Assembly (NCBI GenBank): GCA_965205015.1
Contig: OZ242029.1
Location: 4,448,001 to 4,512,000 of the forward strand
Reading direction: 5' to 3'
DNA length: 64,000 nucleotides
DNA from: Candidatus Poribacteria bacterium
GTDB taxonomy: Bacteria > Poribacteria > WGA-4E > WGA-3G
Position 1 is the stretch's first letter; each line of letters starts with the position of its first letter. Below the pieces are notes generated by a model. It made no database searches. It was not told the DNA's origin and was given only the letters and a program-made list of their open reading frames with translations. This document shows, piece by piece, positions 47,796-56,501 of this stretch. Made by a program: the position numbers and the translations under genes.

Positions 47796-50700
47796 CTATT
47801 CGTTTGCAAAAAAGCAATCTTGAACGGTGATGTTTTCGGACGAGCGTTCTTCATCCGTGACTTTGATTGCTTCACCACCCCCCACACGCCTCCCATATTC
47901 ACGGTGCACGGCATCGATACGACAATAGGCAATCGTCACGTTACGACACTCAGAAAGCTCGACTCCATTTCCATCTGTTCGGATGTCAACGTTGTCGATG
48001 AGGAGCCCGTCACAGCTCACAGATAGAATCGCAGAATCATCACGTTCGTAGATGTTCAAGTTCCGGATTTCCACGTTTTCGCAGTGTTTTAGTGCAATAC
48101 ACGTCCTCCCTGTCCCAACAAGGGTTCCAGGACCGTAGATTTTTACATTCTCTAAGTCTATTCCAACAAGTAGAGGGATATCTGCCTCAGCAAAGGAATA
48201 TTTAAGGACAGCCCCTGCGTCAATCGCGAGGGTAACATTACTTTTCAGGTAGATGGAACCCGTTGCGTAAACACCGGACGGCACAAAGACCGTGCCACCG
48301 CCCGCGGTATCGCAGACGGTGATGGCTTCGTTGATTGCGTCCGCACTGTTTGACTTCCCATCCGCAACAGCACCGAAATGCCGCACGTTGTATGTGCCAA
48401 CTTCCGCAAGTGCTTCGGCAGTCAGTTCTGCGAGGGTTTCCTCGCGTTTTCTACCGGTATACTTCTCAAAGTTCGTTACCCATTTCTTAAGGGTCAGGCT
48501 GCGTACGGATGCGGCATAATCCACCAGTGTTTTCAGCGTGTATTCATATCTATGCGGGTCCACTTTGCCTTCAAGCGTTTTCCAGAGTTCGGCTGCCTGT
48601 ATCGCCATGTCAACGCCCTCTTCCATGTTAGCGTAGATGTCTTGTATGAGGGTCCTGCCGATAGAAAGTCGCTGATCGTGTGTTGTGAAGTGAAGCGCAG
48701 CGAGATGTGCTTCCGCGCGTAACGGATCTCCATATATCTCGCGAAGTCCTGGGGCATACTGCGCTAACACTCGCTCATGCAAGGCAGGTGTCATAACGCC
48801 TACACCTTCCGCATTGACCACATAGGGAGTCTTGTTTTCCGTCATACCGGGGTCGGAGGAATCAAGCCATATACCGCGGTAACCCCGATAGTTGTAGGAC
48901 TTACGCGTCACCTCTTCAAGCATCATCAGCAGGGTCTTGATTGTCCCAAGTACCTCTGGATCATCGCCAAATGTCTGCTGAATCCATTCCGTGTAAATCT
49001 CATCCACCGTCAAGTCTGGATTCCAAGAGAGTCTTCCCAATCCGTAATAGTTCACGGCGTTCAACGGGGATTCCATCCATGCTGGCGACGGTGAGATCAT
49101 AGACACGCCCATGATGCAATCCACGCTGAATTTGTTTAGACTCCCCGGTCCGTTGCGATACGTATCCTGTTCAAACCACCACTTCCACTTCTTGACCCAA
49201 GAGACGGGCCAACTTTTGTCAATGACGAGTTCAGTTCCATAGAGATTTTTCTGAATCGCGCCATCGAGTGCGGGGATTGGTGCCCACAGATCCCAATCCA
49301 TAGGGCTGCCTTTCGGGACGATAATGACGTTATCTCGGAAATTGCCGTCCTCGTGGGCGAACAGATCGTAAGGAATCAAATTCCGATAGGGTTCGGGTGT
49401 GTATCGCAAGTTGCCATAGACGAATGCCCGCACAAGCACCTTTCCCCCATACGGCTTCAGCGTATCTGCAATCCGGTTCGTCATCGGTGGACGCGGATCA
49501 CCGTTCTGTTTCTCTGAACCGAGTTTCATCATATAGCCACCGAAGTCAGGCACGCGGGCATAGAGGGTATCGGCGGTTTTTGGGTCGAGTGCCAGGAGAT
49601 AACTCGGACTCCAGTAGAGTTTGATGCCGTAGTCTCGACAAATGTCAGCAAGTTTTTCAACTTCATCGAGATGATCCAGAAAGTTGTTGCGGTAGTGCCA
49701 GTTAATCTCACTCGGACAGAGCGCATTCCAACCGCACGATGCCAACATACGCACCCAATCTCGGATGCGTTTGGTATCGCCGGTACGCAACTCTTCCCAA
49801 CTGAAGATCGAATCGTCTCTGCCGCCACCGCGCCATCTGTCGCCGAAAAGCCCCCGAAAATACGACCAGTGTGCCACCATACGGATAGGCACCTGTGGAT
49901 TTTCCAGCACGTCGAGCGCGAGCGGATCCTGTCCAATCTGGATGCGACGAATCAGATCGAAGGTACCAAAAGCAACCCCTGCGGGTATTCCGCCTGCAAC
50001 AACAACCATCCCTTCCATCGCCTTGATGACGAACCCATCGCCTTCAATTCGATCCAGTTGGAGGTCTTCGGCACGGTCGCGGATCCAGTTGGAGGTTTCG
50101 ACTGTGCCGAGGATAACTTTCGGTCCGGTGGCAGTGACAGTCTCCGAGACGGAAGGTTTGAAAGCGAACATGGATTCCGCCGCTTGTGCCAACTCAGCAG
50201 CAGCCGTCTGGACAGTCGAATTCGCTCCCTCAGCAACAATGGTTCTGAATAAATCCTGACTGCGTTGTTCTGTATCGAGCGGATTGAACTGTAACCACGC
50301 CTTGTAGAGTGTCCTGTCTACTTCTTGGTACTTGTAAGTGTTCTGCCTTCTTTCAGTAGGGTTCGTATCCCGTCTTCCCGCATAGATGGCTTTGCTCTCA
50401 TCGTAAATCTGACGTATTTCAGCATCGGTGAGGGGTTTCTCATAAATGCGCAAATCATCAAGGAAACCGACAAAGCGTTCACCGGTGTGGATATCCGTTA
50501 AACCCTCTCGACGTAGTGGCTCTATATCCACCGTTGACAAGTCAATCGTGGCAATTTGCTCACCATCACGCCATCCCACAATCTGTTTTGCTTCGTCATC
50601 GTATGCCACCGCGAACAGATGCCATTCGGAATCGCCAATGGAGGCTTTCACATGCGGATAGAACGCCCACTCGCGCATGTCGTACTTGGGCCAGTCGTAG

Positions 50701-51131
50701 TCGAGGATCCCCTCCCAGTATTCAAAATCCTTTTCACCTCGGAAACGCACCTGAAAACAACCACGATAGGTGTTAAGTTCGATGGCATCGTTGTTATACC
50801 TGAGAATGTTGGCCCTATCCGATATCGTATTCAGCCAAAAACAGATTGTGCCGCGCGACAGTGCCAGCGGAGAATTCTCAGGCACAGGAATCCGCATCGG
50901 TTCGGTTTTGGGCATCGTTTCGATACAAGCCCGCCCCTCACCGAGTGAATAAATCTTTGCGCCACCGAGCACGGCGTGGTTACCGTTTCCAGAGAGATCG
51001 GTACCGGTTCCGTCGTTAAAATCCCAATGACCGACCAGTCCTCCGATTTCACCCGCCGTTACACTGCTAAATTCACTTGCCAATACCAACGCTGCTATTA
51101 CAAAAAGGGCAATGAGTACTTGATATTCCAT
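47796..51131 (-). CDS. Exported LamG + GH67 alpha-glucuronidase-like + pectin-lyase-fold beta-helix fusion
   Basis: LamG (GHWDFNDG, GFLDDLRIY); GH67-like motifs (MKLGSEKQ, RAFVY, DGNFRDNVII, NYYGLGRLSWNP); GH28-like N-terminal part (YNVRHFGAVADG, GGGTVFVPSG, LKSNVTL). Confidence 0.8.
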   Translation of the reverse strand: MEYQVLIALFVIAALVLASEFSSVTAGEIGGLVGHWDFNDGTGTDLSGNGNHAVLGGAKIYSLGEGRACIETMPKTEPMRIPVPENSPLALSRGTICFWLNTISDRANILRYNNDAIELNTYRGCFQVRFRGEKDFEYWEGILDYDWPKYDMREWAFYPHVKASIGDSEWHLFAVAYDDEAKQIVGWRDGEQIATIDLSTVDIEPLRREGLTDIHTGERFVGFLDDLRIYEKPLTDAEIRQIYDESKAIYAGRRDTNPTERRQNTYKYQEVDRTLYKAWLQFNPLDTEQRSQDLFRTIVAEGANSTVQTAAAELAQAAESMFAFKPSVSETVTATGPKVILGTVETSNWIRDRAEDLQLDRIEGDGFVIKAMEGMVVVAGGIPAGVAFGTFDLIRRIQIGQDPLALDVLENPQVPIRMVAHWSYFRGLFGDRWRGGGRDDSIFSWEELRTGDTKRIRDWVRMLASCGWNALCPSEINWHYRNNFLDHLDEVEKLADICRDYGIKLYWSPSYLLALDPKTADTLYARVPDFGGYMMKLGSEKQNGDPRPPMTNRIADTLKPYGGKVLVRAFVYGNLRYTPEPYRNLIPYDLFAHEDGNFRDNVIIVPKGSPMDWDLWAPIPALDGAIQKNLYGTELVIDKSWPVSWVKKWKWWFEQDTYRNGPGSLNKFSVDCIMGVSMISPSPAWMESPLNAVNYYGLGRLSWNPDLTVDEIYTEWIQQTFGDDPEVLGTIKTLLMMLEEVTRKSYNYRGYRGIWLDSSDPGMTENKTPYVVNAEGVGVMTPALHERVLAQYAPGLREIYGDPLRAEAHLAALHFTTHDQRLSIGRTLIQDIYANMEEGVDMAIQAAELWKTLEGKVDPHRYEYTLKTLVDYAASVRSLTLKKWVTNFEKYTGRKREETLAELTAEALAEVGTYNVRHFGAVADGKSNSADAINEAITVCDTAGGGTVFVPSGVYATGSIYLKSNVTLAIDAGAVLKYSFAEADIPLLVGIDLENVKIYGPGTLVGTGRTCIALKHCENVEIRNLNIYERDDSAILSVSCDGLLIDNVDIRTDGNGVELSECRNVTIAYCRIDAVHREYGRRVGGGEAIKVTDEERSSENITVQDCFFANE

Positions 51132-51197
51132 GTGTTCGCTCCCTATATTTGACGTATAACGATGAAGATTATTGTGCTTTGCACCTTAACTTCATCT

Positions 51198-51962
51198 TTA
51201 CGGGCTGGCTTTTATATTTCCCCATGTCGTGGTTAATTTGCCCGCCGGGTAAACCGCCAGGGCAGATTTCAGCCCTTTTGTCATCACAATTTTGATGTCA
51301 TCTTCAGTGAGCGCGACACTGAAAAACGCGATCTCGTCAAAGCGACCGGAAAAATATTGTCCCCACTGATCCAAGAAATTTGCGCCAATACCGAGCTCCG
51401 TAAACGTATAGGAATCGGCAACTGTCTCACCTTCTGTGCCGTTGTAATAGCCGGTCACATTTCCCTCACCATCGAATACAAACGCATAATGTCCCCATTT
51501 ATTGTCATCAAATTTTGGGATAACAGGTTTCCACGCACTACTCCAAATTTCAACTGTTTCACCTTGGTACCGAGTTGTGAAAGCCGGATTTGTCGGTCCA
51601 CTGATATTCGATATCAACCGATCATCATTGGCGGCATCACTCGGATGTGCCCACAAAACCAATGTAACCTCTCCAGACAAGCCCAAATCCCCGACAACGA
51701 CATGCCCCTTACTCTCGTTTCCATCAAATTCCAGCGCGGATCCGAACTTACCGTCCTTCGTCCATTTCGGGCTGTTCTCAAGTTTCCCATCATTACCCTT
51801 TTCAGAGGAATCCACCGCTGTATCCCCTTTCCCCTCATCAAAGAGCCACATACCGGCAACGGTTTTCAGATCAAATTCAGCACTGCTTATACCAGTAAAC
51901 ATCAGACTCAGGACAATTAAACCAACACACGTCAGCATTAAATTCGCCATTACGATCTTCAT
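51198..51962 (-). CDS. Exported LamG-like protein with C-terminal PAGKLTTTWGNIK tail
   Basis: MWLFDEGKGDTAVD; GKFGSALEFDG; GRFDEIAFF. Confidence 0.85.
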   Translation of the reverse strand: MKIVMANLMLTCVGLIVLSLMFTGISSAEFDLKTVAGMWLFDEGKGDTAVDSSEKGNDGKLENSPKWTKDGKFGSALEFDGNESKGHVVVGDLGLSGEVTLVLWAHPSDAANDDRLISNISGPTNPAFTTRYQGETVEIWSSAWKPVIPKFDDNKWGHYAFVFDGEGNVTGYYNGTEGETVADSYTFTELGIGANFLDQWGQYFSGRFDEIAFFSVALTEDDIKIVMTKGLKSALAVYPAGKLTTTWGNIKASP

Positions 51963-51992
51963 TTTCCAAACCTCCAGACCAGTGTCAAAACT

Positions 51993-52598
51993 TTACGCCT
52001 TTTGGTCAATCATGCTTGAAAGGATGCCAAGGATCTCGCCGCATTGCCTAATTTGATAGACTTCCATATCAACATAGAGCTGCTGACCTTTCAATTTCAG
52101 GAAGAGCCACTCGGTGCCTGTAGTTGTAGCCCCATAAATGCATGGAATTTCATTTCCTCTTTCTGCATTAAAGCGTTGGGCGGCGAGCATCTCCGCAACA
52201 CACTGTCCTAATCCAGTTGCCGGATCAGCGTTTTTGGCTTCAACGAGGACAATAACAGGTGCCTCCAAGTAAAATTGCTCTGGCGATAGGCTCACTAAAA
52301 AATCGCACACACCTGTTAATCCGCTTTCGGGATCAACACTGAAGTCAATTCCAGAAAAGAAACTGATGCGATGCTCAAAATGCTCTCGGAGTTCAACAAG
52401 AATGCTGGCAACAATCAATTCCGAGCGTGCTTTTTCTGTTCTGATAGCGATCGCTAACGGCACTTTTTTTGCCAATTCCCTTGTGAGGTCTTCGCTTGGA
52501 TCCAGCGGCTCAATATCGGAGAAGATGGCTGTAGATTCAAATTTTTCAAGATGAAACGTCTTCCGTACCGTTTCCAGGGTAAAATTGCTGTATGCCAT
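51993..52598 (-). CDS. Hypothetical protein, PD-(D/E)XK nuclease-like fold
   Basis: MAYSNFTL; EKARSELIV; CDF...VEAK...GQCVAEM; YGATTTGTEWLFL. Confidence 0.65.
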   Translation of the reverse strand: MAYSNFTLETVRKTFHLEKFESTAIFSDIEPLDPSEDLTRELAKKVPLAIAIRTEKARSELIVASILVELREHFEHRISFFSGIDFSVDPESGLTGVCDFLVSLSPEQFYLEAPVIVLVEAKNADPATGLGQCVAEMLAAQRFNAERGNEIPCIYGATTTGTEWLFLKLKGQQLYVDMEVYQIRQCGEILGILSSMIDQKA

Positions 52599-52644
52599 TA
52601 TGATGGATTCCTCAGAATAGTTATCGGTTAAAGGTCTTCCGTGC

Positions 52645-53016
52645 TTATGGAAGTCCATGTTTATGGAAACCATTCGCGAGGGCTAACAAGACCAAAGCGA
52701 TCATCGCCAGTCCGAAAAGTCCGATAGCGACGTAAAGATCGGTATTCCCTTGGAAGGCGAAACTTTTCTCCAGACGCTCGTTTCCCGATTGCTGAATTCT
52801 CTTCGTGAGTACCTGCTTATCGTATGCTGTCAGCTGCTGCACGCCCGGAGATGCGAGTGCTGATCGTTCGTCGAGAAACTTTTGAATCCGCCATGCCTGC
52901 CACTTCCGCAACAAGAACCGACACAAAATGACAGTACCAGTGGTCGCGAACAAAACCGTTGCTCCCAGAAACCAATCCGTCAGGGGGAGATGCCAAGGTA
53001 GATGTTTCCCGTCCAT
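52645..53016 (-). CDS. Small hypothetical membrane protein (2 TM)
   Basis: AAGGAG RBS before MDGK; two hydrophobic segments. Confidence 0.6.
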   Translation of the reverse strand: MDGKHLPWHLPLTDWFLGATVLFATTGTVILCRFLLRKWQAWRIQKFLDERSALASPGVQQLTAYDKQVLTKRIQQSGNERLEKSFAFQGNTDLYVAIGLFGLAMIALVLLALANGFHKHGLP

Positions 53017-53719
53017 CGTTTTCTCCTTTCTGATAACAAAAAGAGTTAATCGGAACAAGTCGTTTCAACCGACTGATTCACTATACGTGCCTAATTTTAG
53101 TATAACATATCTGTGTATCTCTATCCCAAATTTTCTTGCGAAACTTTTTCATAGCCACGAATTGGTGTCCGCAAGTCGCTTCAGCAGACCTCCATCTTAA
53201 CGTCTCAACCCTCTCACGCAAGTCCCCATGTATTTATGCGAGATTCGCAATTTTTATGAAAATCATTTGTTTTTTTCCTGAAACTGTTGTATACTTATAG
53301 TTGCATATAGGTTTTATTATATTTTTACTTGAAAAATAATAAAATATGTCTTATTGTAACTTAAATCTACAAATTCAGGACCTCACGAATAACGCGTATG
53401 AAGACTTATAGAGACTCCCTTCTGCTGAACATATCCAGAGAAAACGTGCCGCCGTGCTGGGTCCCGGTATCTGGCTGGGGTGTCGTGAGTCAAGGCGCGA
53501 GTACCCCCCCCCTCTTAATTCACGTGAAGTAATTTTACATATTTATCTCATAAACTGCGTCCGTAGCATCGCTGCTGTCGCTGTTTTTTTCGCGCCCGCA
53601 CGCGCTGCGTTTCCACACGTCTGCCGCGTTGCGGGCTATTTTGTTGCATTGGAATTCCACCGGATGCTTTTTGCAAGTGTTGGGCGGTCCCGATACATCT
53701 ACCCTTAGGTTAACCAAAT

Positions 53720-53839
53720 AGGACTTACGCATTTTCCTTTAAAGTCCCCCTGATAAGGGGGATTTAGGGGGTTTAAAGAACAAAAATACTGCTTTTCGCG
53801 TCTAAATGTGCGATATTTTGCACAATTTGTGTAAGTCCT
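53720..53839. mobile_element. MITE-like element with 12-bp imperfect terminal inverted repeats, carrying a REP-like GC hairpin
   Basis: AGGACTTACGCA (53720-53731) ... TGTGTAAGTCCT (53828-53839); internal TCCCCCTGATAAGGGGGATTTAGGGGG. Confidence 0.55.
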
Positions 53840-53867
53840 GCCAAACTTAAAGAAGGAGAAATCTACA

Positions 53868-55214
53868 ATGTTTAGATTCGGCATCTTATTAATTCTCTGT
53901 GTGTTCGTCTGTGTCGTATCCGTGTTTGCACACGATCCCCCCGCCGGCGAATACATACTTACACTGCTGTATGAAGGTACTGAGACAAGAAGATCGTGGG
54001 GAGATTCTCAGGTTACCATATCTGAACACACGGATGTAAATGATGTCCACGTTCATAAGTACACAGTGACTTATACTGCAGCTGAAGCGGGGTCTGATGG
54101 GACCGTGTCTATTTGGAGGTCGTACGGTGGTAAGGTGCGTCCGCATTGGCATAGCTTTCCTGCCCACCAACATGACAACTACGTGTCGCACGTGCATGGA
54201 AGCGAGCACGTTCATGCGAATCCGTCGGACACACACAATGATCCTCACGACGTGGATAACGACCACTCTCATGTAGGCACACAACAGGACTGGCATTCGC
54301 ATGCTCTTACACACCAACATGACGAATATGCGGTCCACACGCATACAACGAGACACTCTCACCCGGATCCATCGTCCGTGCACGGATACCACAACCGCTT
54401 TACTGTGTCTGAAGTGCACGAACGATCACAGGCTCCTACGACAGTGCACGAACGATCACTGATTCCTCCGACACCGACTCGTCCGACAGGGATAGGGGAC
54501 GGCACCCCAGTCGTAGAGGAAAGTGGAACCCCTGAAGGGACATCCAGTCCTCAACCTGTGGTACCTGTTGTAACAGAAAGCCCACCTCAAGAAACGCCAC
54601 CAGAGCCTCCACCGATGCAACCGATACGCGTGACGGAGTATATGGTCAGAGATTGGGCGGCCGGGATTGGTGGATTACCACAGTGGATTGAGGTGTATAA
54701 CCCCAACACCGAGGAAACCGTCAACCTCAAAGGCTACACGTTCCAATATGCCACCCGACGGTCTGCCAACGCCCCCCATAAAGTCCACACACTGACGCTC
54801 GCTGGAGCAGAGGATGGTTTCAGCATAGCGGGAGGCGGCGTCGCTATCCTATCAACCGGAAAAGTTTCGGCATGGCGATTTTCCGGTATTGGAGCCTCCC
54901 AGGTCTACAACTTGAGCATAGACAACGTCCTCAAACGCGGGTGGGTGTTGACGGATGCCGATGGCAAGGAGATTCACCGTCTCGGTAGGGCTGCCTTTAG
55001 TGCGTTAGGGGATCCGGTGGCACCGCTCCATCAGAATAAGGCGCGTGTCTCTCATCAGGTCGTCCCGAGCGAGTCGCCCCCGGAGGTTTATTACTATGGA
55101 CATCGGGAAGACATGGGGTCTCCTGGTTTCTACAAGCAACCGGCGCCGGCGGCCCCGAGCGCGGTCAAACGCAAGCGAGTCGGCACTTGGGCGAGTCTTA
55201 AACGAACACCGTGA
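53868..55214 (+). CDS. Exported His-rich repeat protein with Pro/Thr linker, lamin-tail-like domain and C-terminal TWASLK tail
   Basis: AAGGAG RBS; signal peptide; HxH-rich repeats; IRVTEYM...QWIEVYNP...VNLKGYTF...GSPG. Confidence 0.8.
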   Translation: MFRFGILLILCVFVCVVSVFAHDPPAGEYILTLLYEGTETRRSWGDSQVTISEHTDVNDVHVHKYTVTYTAAEAGSDGTVSIWRSYGGKVRPHWHSFPAHQHDNYVSHVHGSEHVHANPSDTHNDPHDVDNDHSHVGTQQDWHSHALTHQHDEYAVHTHTTRHSHPDPSSVHGYHNRFTVSEVHERSQAPTTVHERSLIPPTPTRPTGIGDGTPVVEESGTPEGTSSPQPVVPVVTESPPQETPPEPPPMQPIRVTEYMVRDWAAGIGGLPQWIEVYNPNTEETVNLKGYTFQYATRRSANAPHKVHTLTLAGAEDGFSIAGGGVAILSTGKVSAWRFSGIGASQVYNLSIDNVLKRGWVLTDADGKEIHRLGRAAFSALGDPVAPLHQNKARVSHQVVPSESPPEVYYYGHREDMGSPGFYKQPAPAAPSAVKRKRVGTWASLKRTP

Positions 55215-55524
55215 TAGCCCTTAAATTTTACGGCTTAGCTATGGAGATGCAGAGATACGTATGATGACAACGAGCGTTAAATCATCATACCGTTCTGCAT
55301 CTTCAACAATCCCTTGAGAGGATTAGGAAAAATCATCGCCAAACACCAGCAAAAAATTTCATAAATTGCTATACACCCGCCGCCCCGCTGAGGCTCTGTC
55401 TTCCCTGAAACGCTTTTCTACACACATACCGTCCTGACAAGATTGAAGACATCAGAATACGCACAATTACCAAAATCTGCCCTATCCGCGTCATCGGCGA
55501 TTCAGATAAAAATAAAAATTTTGT

Positions 55525-55553
55525 TTGACATTGCCCGATGCTCATGCTAAATT
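55525..55553 (+). promoter_or_regulatory. Sigma70 promoter of the LamG-TPR-FGE-CRTAC cluster
   Basis: TTGACA-N17-TAAATT with extended TG. Confidence 0.65.
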
Positions 55554-55624
55554 AGGTCTGCCTGCGAGATGCAGGCTTCATTGGAAAAATGTATTCTAAA
55601 ACCTCTTCACAGGAGATTTGTAAA

Positions 55625-56431
55625 ATGACAAAAAATTGGGCAATACTATGCATTCTGGCGGTAGTGGGGTTGGCATTCATCCCACTGCAGAGTTTTGCGG
55701 CAGTCGACAGTGAAACCGCTGTCGGTGTCTGGCTCTTTGACGATGGCGATGTTAGCGATTCCAGCAGTTACGGAAACGACGGCGAACTTATGAACGGCGC
55801 AGAGGTTACCGATGGCGGCAAGTGGGGAAAAGCCCTCAGCCTCGACGGTGACGATGACTACGTCAATATCGCAAATTCAGAAAGTTTAGACAGCACAGCT
55901 GAAGCCTACACCGGTGTCGCATGGGTAAAGCTCGAAAGAAAAGGCGATCCGCACAGTGCGTGTTGCGCAGACGATCACATGGTCATCGCCTTTACGACCG
56001 ATTGGAACAATATTCTGAACGTTTTCGGTCCCGGCAGAAGTGGAAATCAGGGGAAAGTCGAAGTCGGTAGCCGTGAACTGAATCCGCGTTGGCTCTTCGG
56101 ACCCACCGCTGTTAACGATGATCAGTGGCATCACCTCGCTTTCACCTATGATGGTGCCAAGAAAATCCTCTACATCAATGGCGAAGTTGACGTCGATCAA
56201 GATACAACCGGGGTCTTCGGTGTGGCAGGTGTTGATGTCCATTTAGGCGGAACACCCACGCAACGACAGGCATTAGGATTGATGGACGAGATCGGCATTT
56301 TCAATGTGCCACTCGAACAAGCCGACATCCAGAACATAATGAACGATGGTCTTGGCTCTGTGCTCGGTTTAACGCCTGTCACGCCGCAAGGACGGCTGAC
56401 AACAACGTGGGCGGACATTAAATCACAATAA
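55625..56431 (+). CDS. Exported LamG-like protein with C-terminal PQGRLTTTWADIK tail
   Basis: AGGAG RBS; GVWLFDDG; GKWGKALSLDG; WHHLAFTYDG; GLMDEIGIFN. Confidence 0.85.
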   Translation: MTKNWAILCILAVVGLAFIPLQSFAAVDSETAVGVWLFDDGDVSDSSSYGNDGELMNGAEVTDGGKWGKALSLDGDDDYVNIANSESLDSTAEAYTGVAWVKLERKGDPHSACCADDHMVIAFTTDWNNILNVFGPGRSGNQGKVEVGSRELNPRWLFGPTAVNDDQWHHLAFTYDGAKKILYINGEVDVDQDTTGVFGVAGVDVHLGGTPTQRQALGLMDEIGIFNVPLEQADIQNIMNDGLGSVLGLTPVTPQGRLTTTWADIKSQ

Positions 56432-56501
56432 TTAAGTTAGATATAGTGGTAGTGGACGGGGTTGAAACTCCGTCCCTATACACTCCTATTCCCTCGAACC
56501 T

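Noticed and set aside
19411-52056. Long antisense or alternative-frame ORFs (e.g. 21056..21661, 23231..23872, 24739..25404, 25873..26514, 49671..50252, 51357..51920)
   Set aside because: Shadows of well-supported genes on the opposite strand, with no motifs of their own.
51993-52598. Restriction-modification or other defence system
   Set aside because: A lone PD-(D/E)XK-like gene with no methyltransferase, helicase or specificity subunit nearby.
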